DNA of 64,000 bases from positions 55,676,001 to 55,740,000 of the forward strand of contig OX597831.1 in NCBI GenBank assembly GCA_951406725.2. The letters run 5' to 3'. Position 1 is the first letter of the stretch. Each line of letters starts with the position of its first letter. The notes under the pieces were generated by a model. That model did no database searches. It was given only the letters and a program-made list of their open reading frames with translations, and was not told the origin of the DNA. The stretch is from Octopus vulgaris (lineage: Eukaryota). Below are positions 51,976 to 64,000 of the stretch, one piece after another. Made by a program: the position numbers and the translations under genes.

Positions 51976-53079
51976 CCAACTGCATGATGTGAACGAAGCT
52001 GTGTTTAGCAACAGGTAAGAAAGGCAGTGTGTGCAAAACGTGTTGAAGCCACTGAGGAGGAATCGTGAGAGAAAATTCCAGTATTTTTACGTTTGTTTGG
52101 CCCTGCTTTTTTTTTTTTTTTTTTTTTTGTATTTATCTTTGGCTGTTTGTTAATTAAAATTAAAATACCCATCGTCATTATCCAAAAAAACGGTCGAGTT
52201 CAAATACATGGGTGAAATAGCAAGAATCATGCAGTGCCGGCGGTGTGAAAGAGAGAATGAAAGGCAGACGGAGAGAACATATCGAAACAAAAATAAATCA
52301 TCATCGTGTGCAAAATATTATCGGTATTATATTTTTTACTTACAAACGTCACGACAGCAACTTGGACTTTATAAGCAGACGATAGAAATTTCAAGAAAAA
52401 TATTAATTTGTAAGAAGGGCTTTCTACTTCCGCTCGTTCTTTCGTTCTTCCTTTTTCTTCCCCTAAAGTTATTTAGTTTTAGACTTTAAAAATTATAATC
52501 TTAAAACTTTGAAATGTTGAAAGGAATAAAGTAGTGTGCCACAGAAAGTCTGAGAAAAAGGGGACGTAGGCGCGAAAAGAGAAAGAAGAAAGAGAAAGAG
52601 GAAGACCGGTAGAGAGAAAGCGAAAAAAGAGAGGGAGAGGGAGAGAGAAAGAGACAGGGAAGGAGAGAAAGAAGCTGACTAAGAGACACAGATAGAAAGA
52701 AACAGAAAGAGAAAGAAAAGAAGAGAGAGGATGAGTGTCAAACAGAAAGAAAAGTGCAAAAGCAAAATGAAAATTAGAAAAGTAACGAGTGGATGTGAGC
52801 AGGCGAAACAGATAGAGAGGAAGAGAGAGAGAAAGAGAGAGAAAGGGAGAGCAAAAGAGGGAGAGAGAGAGAGAGAAAGAAAGAGAGAGGGGGTGGGGGC
52901 TGGGCAGAGAAAGAGAAGTGGCAGGAAGAGGTGTTGAAAGGATGAGAAAGAAGATGCAGATGTTATAACAGAAAGTAGCTGTGAGTCACAACTGAAAACA
53001 GATATTGAGAGTAACTTGGATGGAATGTTCATTAGTTTATCGAAATTAAAATATTCATGTAAATATCAGTGAGAGTGTG

Positions 53080-53114
<35 letters not shown>

Positions 53115-53246
53115 TGTGTTTGGGTATGCGGTTGAGCATATACGTGTATTGTTAGTATATGAGAGACAGAAAGAGAGTAATACATACACTTATGTATATA
53201 CACATGTATTTGTACATATATGTTTATGCGCTTGTATATACATACC

Positions 53247-53307
<61 letters not shown>

Positions 53308-53425
53308 GTATATATATATATAAAGTTATACCAAACATGAAAACACAAAGAGAAAACACAACAACGCGAGGACGTGGAACAAATATAGTATTATTGGACG
53401 CTCAGGAAAGAAGAAAAGAAGGAGG

Positions 53426-53460
53426 GTTTAACGTTTCGAGCGGAGCACTTCGTCGGAAAC
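53426..53460 (-). ncRNA. Minimal hammerhead-like motif, same family as 10884
   Basis: Minus strand GUUU-CCGACGA-a-GUGC ucc GCUC-GAAAC GUU-AAAC. The element (~53325-53500) is homologous to 10845-11015 and flanked by (TA)n. Confidence 0.55.
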
Positions 53461-53498
53461 ATAGGAGAAGGAAAGATCCAGAGAAGGGAAGACAGAAG

Positions 53499-53548
<50 letters not shown>

Positions 53549-53734
53549 TGACGTATTTTTGCCATGTCAATATGGCTAACTCCTAAGGGTGGATGCTACT
53601 GTAGTTTTTAGCCCCAGGAGGACACACTCCTCCAGCTTGCCATAGACACACTATCTGTGTCCTGTCAGTATTTGCAAAGGGAAGTCATCCTTCCCGTCTT
53701 CAACTTATGATACACACGGACTCGAGTTTCGAGT

Positions 53735-53785
<51 letters not shown>

Positions 53786-53787
<2 letters not shown>

Positions 53788-54058
53788 TGAATTGAAGAAA
53801 TGGAGCTGAACGAAGATTGAACAGAAATCGTTTTATTTCATTGAATGAAATAAAACGATTTCTGTTCAATCTTCGTTCAGCTCCATTTCTTCAATTCACC
53901 AATAATATTAAAATTCAATTATCCGCACCAACGCACGGTTGCAACACCATATGGTTGTACCTCCAACCGTGCTGTCTTCTGCTGTGATTTTTGCTACCAA
54001 GGTATCGGTTAAACTTTTGATTAATCTGCTACAAGATTATTCATCTTTCTATTTCACA
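53786..54058 (+). mobile_element. (TA)n-flanked element with palindromic 5' end (second copy)
   Basis: Near-perfect palindrome at 53786-53900. The body matches 30400-30587. Confidence 0.75.
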
Positions 54059-54065
54059 TAATATA

Positions 54066-54185
<120 letters not shown>

Positions 54186-54429
54186 TATATGTGTGCATAT
54201 ATACATATATATATATGTGTGTGCATATATATTTACATATGTATGTATCATCAATATCGACCAGACTTTCGGATGTTGTTACACACTGCTGGCAACAATG
54301 CATTTCCAATTCTTTCTTTTTTGCGCTCTTCTGTTACATTTTGGTCCTAATCGTTTAACTGAATCTTCTTCCCGTCATTGTGGAGGCCTCCTGAGGGTCT
54401 TTTTCCAATCTCTTGGACACTACTTGACA

Positions 54430-54474
<45 letters not shown>

Positions 54475-54568
54475 AATTCAAATAAACGAATAAAAGAAGA
54501 AAGGAAAACAACGAACGTGAGGACGTGTACAAGAAGTGCATTAGCATGACGCTCAGTGAAAGGGGAGA

Positions 54569-54603
54569 GTTTAATGTTTCGAGCATAGCTCTTCGTCGGA
54601 AAG
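54569..54603 (-). ncRNA. Minimal hammerhead-like motif, related family
   Basis: Minus strand CUUU-CCGACGA-a-GAGC uau GCUC-GAAAC AUU-AAAC. The element abuts (TA)n at 54432-54471. Confidence 0.5.
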
Positions 54604-55062
54604 AAGAAAGGGAAAAGTCCAAAGAAGAAGAAGAAGAAGAAGAAGAAGAAGAAGAAGAAGAAGAAGAAGAAGAAGAAATCGCTAACGGCACACGTGTTGT
54701 TACATTGCTATATAAGTAGTAAGATCTTACATAATATCGTATCGAGAGTTGAAAAACTTCGCGAAGAGCTAAGATTATCTATGCAATCAATAGACAAAAA
54801 TTATCCCTAAGATAGCTTAAATTCTAACCACACCGAACAAAGAAGAAAACTCAAATGAAATCAACTAGTCGAAAATTTTACAAGATAATGACGATGTAGT
54901 TTAGAATGGTTTTGTCTTTTAAAACGCAACAGGCATGTTTCAGTGTTAGTAAAACTCCTCAGTGAAGAGTATTCTTTTCAGTTGGTAAGATTTCTATATA
55001 AGGAGATGACTTCTAAATCATGCCAACTGAGTAGAATATATCATTAATGAAGTTGGATAGAC

Positions 55063-55263
55063 CAGAGCTTTTCAAACTTTTTGCTGGAGCGGAACCCCAA
55101 GGAAACATTCCACTGACTCGAGGAACCCCTGTGCAATAATTTAATAGTCTTATGCACACATATCTGCACAGGAGACTTATAAATTACTACCGATTTTAGC
55201 AGTTTTGTAACTTCTTGCGGAACCCCTGGACTGTACTGGCGGAACCCTGGTTGAAAACCACTG
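55063..55263 (-). mobile_element. Second copy of the 201 bp hAT MITE
   Basis: Reverse-complement match to 19185-19385, with a perfect 8 bp TSD GGATAGAC. Confidence 0.9.
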
Positions 55264-55626
55264 GGATAGACGCAAATTGTGTGGAAGCACGTCGGATGAG
55301 TTGTAGCTGTAATTTAAAGGTTCAGCCTTGTCACACTGATTCTGCCTGAGAATCACGTCAAGGGTACACGTTTCGCTAATTCAATGAAGAGGCAGTTTAA
55401 GTTGATAGAAAAATCAACGGAACACTCATCATCGAAACCGACGGCGATCCATACTCCTTATTCTCCCTCACTCCATCACAAACACAGATGAAGTGAGGAT
55501 GCAGAAAGAAAAGAAGGCTGAAAGTAGTGTGTAACATAGGAACGTGTGAAATAGATGTTGTGACGTAGACAGGTGTAGAAAAAAAAAATAAAAGCAACAA
55601 AGCAAAACAAAACAAATATATATATG

Positions 55627-55666
<40 letters not shown>

Positions 55667-55781
55667 TATATAGCTAAGGAATGAAGACAGCATGGCACAC
55701 TTAACCAAGCTTATTTTCTGCCACCAGTGTGTGTGCGCGTGCACTTGTGTGTGTGTGTGTGTGTGTGTGAGTGTGTATGTT

Positions 55782-55851
<70 letters not shown>

Positions 55852-56048
55852 CTGTGTGCGTGTGTGCGTGCGTGCGTGCGTGTGTTAGAGAACTACCTAC
55901 TCTCTTGTTGCCTGAGTCAGGTACATACAAGTTACTTCCTTACTTGACGACTCTGATATATGACTAAACCACTATGATACACCACCAAACCTCTACGTGG
56001 TCACTCGACTCACTAAAAATAGCAGCCGAATCTTTAAATAACATCTGT

Positions 56049-56114
<66 letters not shown>

Positions 56115-58400
56115 AAGCGATGGATGCATTTGGAAAATGTTATCTTCGGTAGCTTTTACTTAAAAGAAACGGGTTGGAATTATTTAATTACTTTGGTATT
56201 TGATGTGCTCGATCAAGGCAAACCTAGGGCTATATACAACAACAGCCAGTGCACACCTATTTCTTTACTACCCACAAGGGGCTAAACACAGAGAGGACAA
56301 ACAAGGACAGACAAGCGGATTAAGTCGATTATATCGACCCCAGTGCGTAACTAGTACTTATTTAATCGACCCCGAAAGGATGAAAGGCAAAGTCGACCTC
56401 GGCGGAATTTGAACTCAGAACATAACGGCAGACGAAATACTGCAAAGCATTTCGCCCGGCGTACTAAAGTTTCTGCCAGCTCGCCGCCTTCCAACTAGTG
56501 CACACCTGTTGTACATAAGTCACTAATAAAACCTCTATGAGATCGCTTGTTCTGCTAGAAGTAGCAGCCAAAACTACCACACGAATCATACCATATGTCT
56601 AAAAACAAAAAAAAAAAGGAAACATATTGGATAATGCATTCCTACATGTCAGAAAGAAAAAAATCATGGAATGACTAAAGGTTGAACAGTGATTGGAGTG
56701 TTATATGGGGTGGGATTGGGAGGATACGCAAGGTGACGACATTCCTCTGTCCTTCAGGTAAATGAGAGAGTGGAAGGTAACTTATAGCGTCTTGCCTCTG
56801 CTTCTTGGACTTTAGCCTACCCTATTCCTGCTATCTACTTCTATTACTGGATTTGAATATCTTTGAATTTAGGTTTACTTAGCAACAACAGCTATAGCAG
56901 CAATTACAACAATGTTCAAAGAATGATTTTTTTTTCACTCAACTCGGCTCATGGCCAGGTATGTTTGTCGCGTGGGAGTCACCATCAAAGGCTTGGCTTC
57001 GCGAAGGAAGATTCATGACAGCAACTGTATATGCAATCTCGCTGTTGGCTGCCGATGATGCCAATACGGGACAGGTAGACTCAGTCTCATCGACTGCAAA
57101 GGAAATTCTATTGTGGATTTAGTGCTGCTGTGTTACAGTTCTTCCTCATTCTTCATTTATCCTCGAGGTCAGGAATCAGAACGGTGAGAGGTGTATCGTT
57201 AGGCCTCGCGATTGCAGGCTACAGTAGATCACTGGCAATGATGAAGCGATCTAAGGCGGCGGGCTGGCAGAATCGTGAGTGACATTTTGTCTGTCTTTGC
57301 GTTCGAGGTTCAAATTCCGTTGAGGTCGACTTTGCCTTTCATCCTTTCGGAGTCGATAAAATAAGTGCCAGATTTAGTCTGGTCAGCTATTTGTAGGCCG
57401 GGAAAGGGGAACAAGAGATTTATTCTTTGGACTGTTTTTGGATCGAACGAACTCTCCCGGGATTAGTTAGCGAAATGGCAATCCCATGCTTGCACAGGCA
57501 GCACTTGTAATGGATGTATGGTGTGAAGATTTCTTAGCGAGTATTCAGTGATTCTGGTCTCAGTGAGTCTTTGAGTATCCTAGCTCACTCGGTTATGCAA
57601 AGCTTGCAGCGTATGCTCCCGTTGATACAGGGTCCTGGCCGTTCTAAGATCTTCTACTTGATATCGTATGGAGCCCGTCATCTTTGAGGCGCTACACATG
57701 GCTGGCCAGGGATGTGACGAATCCGCTTTCCGGGACCCTGCAGGACGACCTGTGGTTGTAGAGGCGTCGCTTCAACGCTGTCCCGTCTGACCCGATATAT
57801 TTCTAGGCTTGGGTGTTGGTTGCGCGTTCGCATTACTGATGCATCTTTGGTTGGCTCCGGGCCTGGTGATGTTGTTGTTGCCACCGGTGTTGTTAGGGCT
57901 GCCGTCAGTGCTGTTACCATTACGATGTGCGGGTCTGGCAATGCCGCTGTGGTTGCTGTCGTTGTGGTGGTCGTCCCTGGCCGTTGGGTTTGTGCTACGT
58001 TGGTGATGTATGTGCCGTCGTTGGTAATGTTGGGCGTGGGGCCGCTAGCCTCGCTGGTACTGCTGGTGTCGGCATGGTCATCTTCTCCGGCCGTAGTGCT
58101 TGTACTGGGGTCGTTGGCGTCAGTGCTGGTGTTTCTGCCGCTGTCGTTGCCCCCCGATGCCGTCGATGTTGTTGGATGATCCGTTGCTACTATTACAGTG
58201 GTCGCTAGGCCTGGGTATCACCACAGCCTCATAGATGACTCTCTCGGCCTCGCATTGGCCTCCTGCTGGACAGTCATTGTACACCCAACAAGAGCAACTT
58301 GCCTCTCCCCGTGTTTTATAGGTGTTAGCTAATATACTTTTCCTGTTGGGTGCACAACTAAAGAGTGTGCTTCTTTCTCGGAAGTTGTGTGTGTGAGACT

Positions 58401-58669
58401 CTGTCTCCTCCGATTTAGATTCCTAACTACTCCCACATTTTGCGGTGCAGTTTAACCAAAAGCGGGTATCTTATAGTCGTGATTCATATCGAGCCCTTCT
58501 GGATATTAGCGCGCGTCTACGATGAGTCTACGATTTAAAAAAAATTTACCATCATTTTTCCACATTTTTAATGATATTTGCTCGGGTTATATAAGGGAAG
58601 TAACTCTCTAAAACTGCTTATATCGTTATTTCCCTTACAAACCCGAGCAACGCCGGGCGATACTGCTAG
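58401..58669 (+). mobile_element. Second copy of the Helitron-type element, followed by a related 5' end from ~58670
   Basis: Reverse-complement match to 42299-42567, ending CCCGAGCAACGCCGGGCGATACTGCTAG|T. Confidence 0.75.
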
Positions 58670-59574
58670 TATATATATAAAGCTGATGTTGTTTGTGTAT
58701 AGCAGGTTTGGTAGCCTTCAACTAACACTGTCTCCTCCGAGTCTCTGCGGCGCAAGTTGACCAAAATTGAGAGTATGATAGAAGAAGGCCTGCTCTTCCT
58801 TCCGTAGAAGACAAAATTCAAATCGGACCATGTTAACACCAAAAATTTTTTACATCAAAAAGGTGCTTTTTTTCTATGAAAATCCCTATTTTTTACGATC
58901 TTTTGACTTCTGTGGAAATAAAATGTATTTTGTGAGACGTGGGGAGCAAATCTAATATGATTTGTCATTCATTCATACACTTGGCATCCCGTCCGTAATA
59001 CTGCCGCATTAGACGTATGGCAATTTTGTTATTACATTTGAGAGTAATACTGTAGCTCATAGTTGCTAGTTACGTTACACTTTATTTTGCTGTCTATTAA
59101 ACTGTATGTAAGCTGAACAATTGAAATATTCTATCTCAATGAGTCTTGGTGAAATATGATGCTTATTATGCTCTGCTCGGTGTAACCACCATAAATGAGT
59201 TTTACAGGTATCTACACTCATCTGTCTGTGTGGTATTTAAAAAAACAAAAATGAAATAAATAAATATAATAAAATTGAAAAATAAATAAATCAGCAAACA
59301 TCAAGTTCGCAACACTTGTAAATAAGTTTACTCTGGATAATATAAACCACAATAGACTAAACATGCTTTGTTTTTTTAAATCTTACCGAGCCGTTCGCTC
59401 ACTACCACAACTTTCGTTGTTGATGACATTGTTGCTGTTGCTTAGCACCCAGGTCAGCCTTGATGAGCAGACCTAAAATGAAAGGCATTTCGTACTTAAC
59501 CTAACTTCAACTTTAGACATAGAACATCCAGTACTATATCGTCTAATGTAACATTAATTTCTTTAAAATTACAG

Positions 59575-60171
59575 TATTTTTTCTTTATTGCCCACAAGGG
59601 GCTAAACATAGAGGGAACAAACAAGGACAGACAATGGGATTAAGTCGATTACATCGACCCCAGTGCGTAACTGGTACTTTATTTATCGACCCCGAAAGGA
59701 TGAAAGGGAAAGTCGACCTCGGCGGAATTTGAACTCAGAACGTAACGACAGACGAAATATTTATTTATTTACAACCCATAAGGGGCTAAACACCGAGAGG
59801 ACAAACAAGAACAGACAAAGGGATTAAGTCGATTACATCGACCCCAGTGCGTAATTGGTACTTTATTTATCGACCCTGAAAGGATAAAAGACAAAGTCGA
59901 CCTCGGCAGAATTTGAACTCAGAACGTAACGACAGACGAAATACTTATTTATTTACTACCCATAAGGGGCTAAACACCGAGAGGACAAACAAGGACAGAC
60001 TGAGGGATTAAGTCGATTATATCGACCCCAGTGCATAACTGGTACTTATTTAATCGATCCCGAAAGGATGAAAGGCAAAGTCGACCTCGGCAGAATTTGA
60101 ACTCAGAACGTAACGGCAGACGAAATACCGCTAAGCATTTCGCCCGGCATGCTAACGTTTCTGCCAGCTCG
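59575..60171 (-). mobile_element. SINE family A head-to-tail trimer
   Basis: Three units with junctions at ~59760 and ~59945. Confidence 0.88.
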
Positions 60172-61431
60172 TTTCTGACAGTAGGTGGGATCTGAACAAG
60201 ACTTGGTAGCAATCTCTTCAGGCGGTGGAGTGGTAATTTAGAAGCCTCCGAGGTGGTTTGCCGCTAGTTCTCATCTTCAAGTACTTTATAAAAGGCAAGT
60301 AGCACACGAAGTCAATGTTTCTCAAGACTCTAGTCTGCAATTGAAATTACCAGTTACTTTTCATAAAATAAAATATGTATTGACCAAGAATAGCTTAAAT
60401 TTAGAATCCCACCAAAATATAAGAGAAGTGCAATTTCTGTTTAGCTCGGCACAAAGACCGAGTTTTTTTTAAGAATTAGGACGAAATAGAGTTATCATGT
60501 TGTTCATCTCATTTCCAACATGTAAGGATGTGGCAACATGTAAGGATGTGGGTTAAAAAGTTCTCATGGTGGTCGTGCCATTTCCAAAATTATTAGCATT
60601 GTTGTAGCTGTTAAACACGAGGTCATTCTTTTACCTTTTGCTCGTTTCTGTCATTGGACTGTGACCATGCTGGGGCACCACTTTGAAGGATTTAGTGGAC
60701 AAATCGATCCTAGTATTTATTTTTTTGAAATATGTGTTGTGGAAGGATTCCGACTATCCCTCAAATGACTAAAATGTTGGCAGTTCGTGTCGGTAGAAGT
60801 TCACTGTGAGCCTTTGATTATTAATAGAAGTGCGTCGTGCATATAATTCCTCCCTAATCCCTGCTTCGTTTTGTTATATATCTAATACAAAGATATAAAA
60901 GTCTGGTACTTATTTCATTGGTCTCTTTTACAGTTCCCGAACCGCGAAGTTACAAGGACGTAAGCAAACCATCACCGGTTTTCAAGCAGTAAGGGGACAA
61001 GCACAAATACCTACAAACACACGCTCACGCATATAAAACGACGGTCTATTTTCAGTTTCCGTTTACCTAATTTCTCCTTAAGACATTGGGCAGCTCGGGG
61101 CTATAGCAGAAGACACTTGCTCAAAGTGCCGCACTGTGGTTCTGAACCAGAAACCTCGTGGTTACAAGCTAACTTTTTAACCTCACAGTCGTGCTTGTTT
61201 AAAATGTACAATAAAAGGCAGTAGATAGATCATCTGGTACTTAAACTGATATGTGTCTGATAGCGAAAGTGACCGATATGTTTCGGTTTTATTAGACCTC
61301 CTCAGTCATGATATTCTTCTCAGTTGGCAGTAGCACGAGTTAAAAATATATATTGTAATAGAATGTAATGAAGCTGATTATGAATGTAAACAATATTGTT
61401 GAGAGAAAATATTCTAGGAGCTTGTTCTGCA

Positions 61432-62658
61432 AACGGGTGTGGGTTGAAAAGTTCCTAAGCTAGCTATGAAGGGGTGATGTTAAAGCTGTGAAATCTTACG
61501 TACGTTAATTTCAACCCTTCTTATTAATAACAGCATTGTTTCTTTCCAGATAAACTGACATCTGACTGCTCAAAGAAGACTTCAAAAGTAACTAATAGCG
61601 ACTTCTCATGAAAATGGGCAAAACTTGTCATCGTGGTGTTATCAAATACTTGCAGAAAAAAGGGTGTAGCCCCCAAGGACATTCATGTTGACATGGTTAT
61701 TATATCAGAGGATGACGCTCTAGCTTTATCAAAAGGGGGCAGCCGAATGGAGGAGGGGAAGGGAGAGTGTTGAATGTGACTCAAGATCTAACATCTTGCA
61801 AGTGCCACCATCGGGGAAAACACTGATCGTGTTCACCACATGGTGATGAATGACAGGCGATTAACTTTAAATCAAATAGCCAATGCTATTGGCTTATCTT
61901 GTGTGAGAGTTGAGAATATTCTACACTATGAACTTAGTTTCACGAAACTTTCTGTTCGGTGGGTGCCATGCCTTCTGATACCGGATTAAAAGCGCACCAG
62001 GCTATCACACTACGGGAAAATCTGACATTGTTTGAGGCAGATTCAGCTAGTTTCCTTGAAGGTTTCCTAATCCAGGATGAGTGTTGACTTCATCACTTTG
62101 AGCCAAAGCCAAAACGACAATCCAAGCAGTAGAAGCACCCTCCTCACCTGCTCCAAAGAAGGCCAATGGGGGAGGCAAAATACATTTTATTTATTGATTA
62201 TCTTCAAAAGAGCCACACCATCAATGGAATGTAATATGCCATTTTGCTGAGGCAGTTACGAAAGGCTATCAAGACCAAACGCTCAGGAAAACTGACGAAA
62301 GCGGTCTTGTTTCATCTGGACAATGCTCCAGCATATAAATCCTTGGTTTCAAAGGCTGCTGTGCGTGACTGTGGCTTTGAACTGGTTGATCACCATCCCT
62401 ATTCTCCTGATTTGGTCCCATCTGACTATCATCTGTTCACCAACCCGAAAAAGCACTTGGATGGGAACCAGCATCGGGGTGATGAGGACGTCACACCTGC
62501 TGTTGATGACTTCTTCACCACTTGGATTCAAGCTCAACAACACCGCTGGAAGAAGTGTGTGAACTGCAAGTGGGAGTATGTTGAAAAATAAACCTCATTT
62601 GGTAGTATTTTGTGAGTGCATCTCGGTCAACTTATAAACTTTTCAGCCGACCCTCGTA
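61432..62658 (+). mobile_element. Decayed full-length mariner (DD34D) transposon
   Basis: ~1.23 kb with imperfect TIRs (right end CTTTTCAGCCGACCCTCGTA). Transposase remnants run from the ATG at ~61614: RGVIKYL, WVP, QDE, LDNAPA and PYSPDLVPSDY, with many stops and frameshifts. Confidence 0.9.
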
Positions 62659-62931
62659 CAAATTTACATGTACGATTGGGTTTCCCATATGCAATATCGT
62701 GAGTTTAAAGACCAGATCCACTTTCGTATTCTTTGCTTATATTACCCAAAAATTTCAATCAAGTACTCAAGCTCTCTTATTGAAGTGCATTCCCAAGCTC
62801 CTTTGTTTTAAATTTTTTAACATTGTTAGAGAAAGATTTGTGTTGATTCTTATGGTGCTTGTTTCGACTAAAAAAGTTTTGTTTGAGCCGAGATATGTGC
62901 ATCTAAATTTAAAGGTTAAAAACCGCAAATA

Positions 62932-63398
62932 CTTTCTTGACAACCTAATATATTTATAGGTTCCCGCTACCAGCTAATTGGTGCTCACAAGCTGCAATCT
63001 CAGAGTCACGTACAGTATGTGATCTGGGGACTGATGCCTCGTTTCACATACACATCACCTAGATGGCGACCATGTGCAGACGAATGACCTGATGGATTCT
63101 GAGAACCTTCAAAACATACTAGTTCTATAGGGAACATTTGTACTTAGCCGCCTGGACAATTGCTCTGAACTGTGATCACCCTACAGTGTAAAATTAATTG
63201 CATAACATGGAGCAATTTAGTGGTGCTATACCAGGAAGATTTCATCAATGGAACAGCTGAGCTACTAAGAGAGACTGAAAGCGTTACGGCTCTATTCCCT
63301 GGAGCGAAAACGAGAGAGGTATGCAGTGATATATATATGGAAAATCCTGGAGGGGCTGACACCAATCGTTGGAGTATATATAGATATATATATATACT

Positions 63399-63448
<50 letters not shown>

Positions 63449-63890
63449 CATATCCGAGAAAGAAGCACACTCTAAAGCTGAGAGCAGTAAAGAGCAATAA
63501 TGTGTTTTTATGCTGTTAAGTCTATGTCCGGTCATATAACTCTGAGCTCAGAGTTGAAGTGCTAAATAGATTCGGCTTTAAAGTCCGACGAGTCGTCCAT
63601 GGGGCTAGGCCCTTTAGGGATGCGAAACTATTGGTCACTCTGTGACCGGATATAGACTTAACTGCATATACATATATATATATATATATAGGTTCCCGCT
63701 AAGAACTTTCTTGACAACCTAATATATATATAAGTTCCCGCTACCAGCTAATTGGTGCTCACAAGCTGCAATCTCAGAGTCACGTACCGTGCGTGATCTA
63801 GGGACTGATGCCTCGTTTCACGTACACGATCACCTAGATGGTGGCCATGTGCAGGCGAATGACCAGATGGATTCTGAGAACCTTCAAAAC
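62932..63890. repeat. Direct repeat of ~185 bp (62932-63116 and 63705-63891)
   Basis: CTTTCTTGACAACCTAATATAT...GAGAACCTTCAAAACA occurs twice. Confidence 0.88.
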
Positions 63891-64000
63891 AAGGGACCAG
63901 GAAACTATGCTGGTTCTATGGAGGATGAACCTATATCAAGGCAGGAAACTCAAAAGAGGGCAGCAGTGTCGAGCTGCCTCTTTCACCAAAAGCCAATTAC

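Noticed and set aside
62244-62591. SETMAR or an active transposase gene
   Set aside because: There is no SET domain, and the upstream transposase is broken by multiple stops and frameshifts.

Overview
AT-rich, microsatellite-saturated animal genomic DNA, most likely an octopus. This is inferred from the SINE families, the microsatellite load and a mollusc-type opine dehydrogenase. The only intact protein-coding gene I can support is a minus-strand, two-coding-exon octopine/opine dehydrogenase homologue (32949-32797 joined to 28249-27164, 412 aa). Its NAD-binding glycine motif and catalytic His/Asp appear to be substituted, so it is a candidate pseudoenzyme. The window also holds a processed PPP1R12/MYPT1 pseudogene, a decayed mariner, nested hAT MITEs, Helitron-type elements, fragments of several LINE clades and three tRNA-derived SINE families. 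The most striking unannotated signal is a dense set of about 15 type-I hammerhead-ribozyme-like motifs. They belong to several unrelated short elements, mostly embedded in (TA)n tracts, often with inverted 5' duplications, and resemble Penelope-like pLTR/retrozyme remnants. They include canonical cores, a G3:C8 covariant core and recurrent U4C variants. Most short ORFs in the track are microsatellite or SINE artefacts. All family assignments come from motif recall, not database searches, and repeat boundaries are approximate unless a TSD is quoted.
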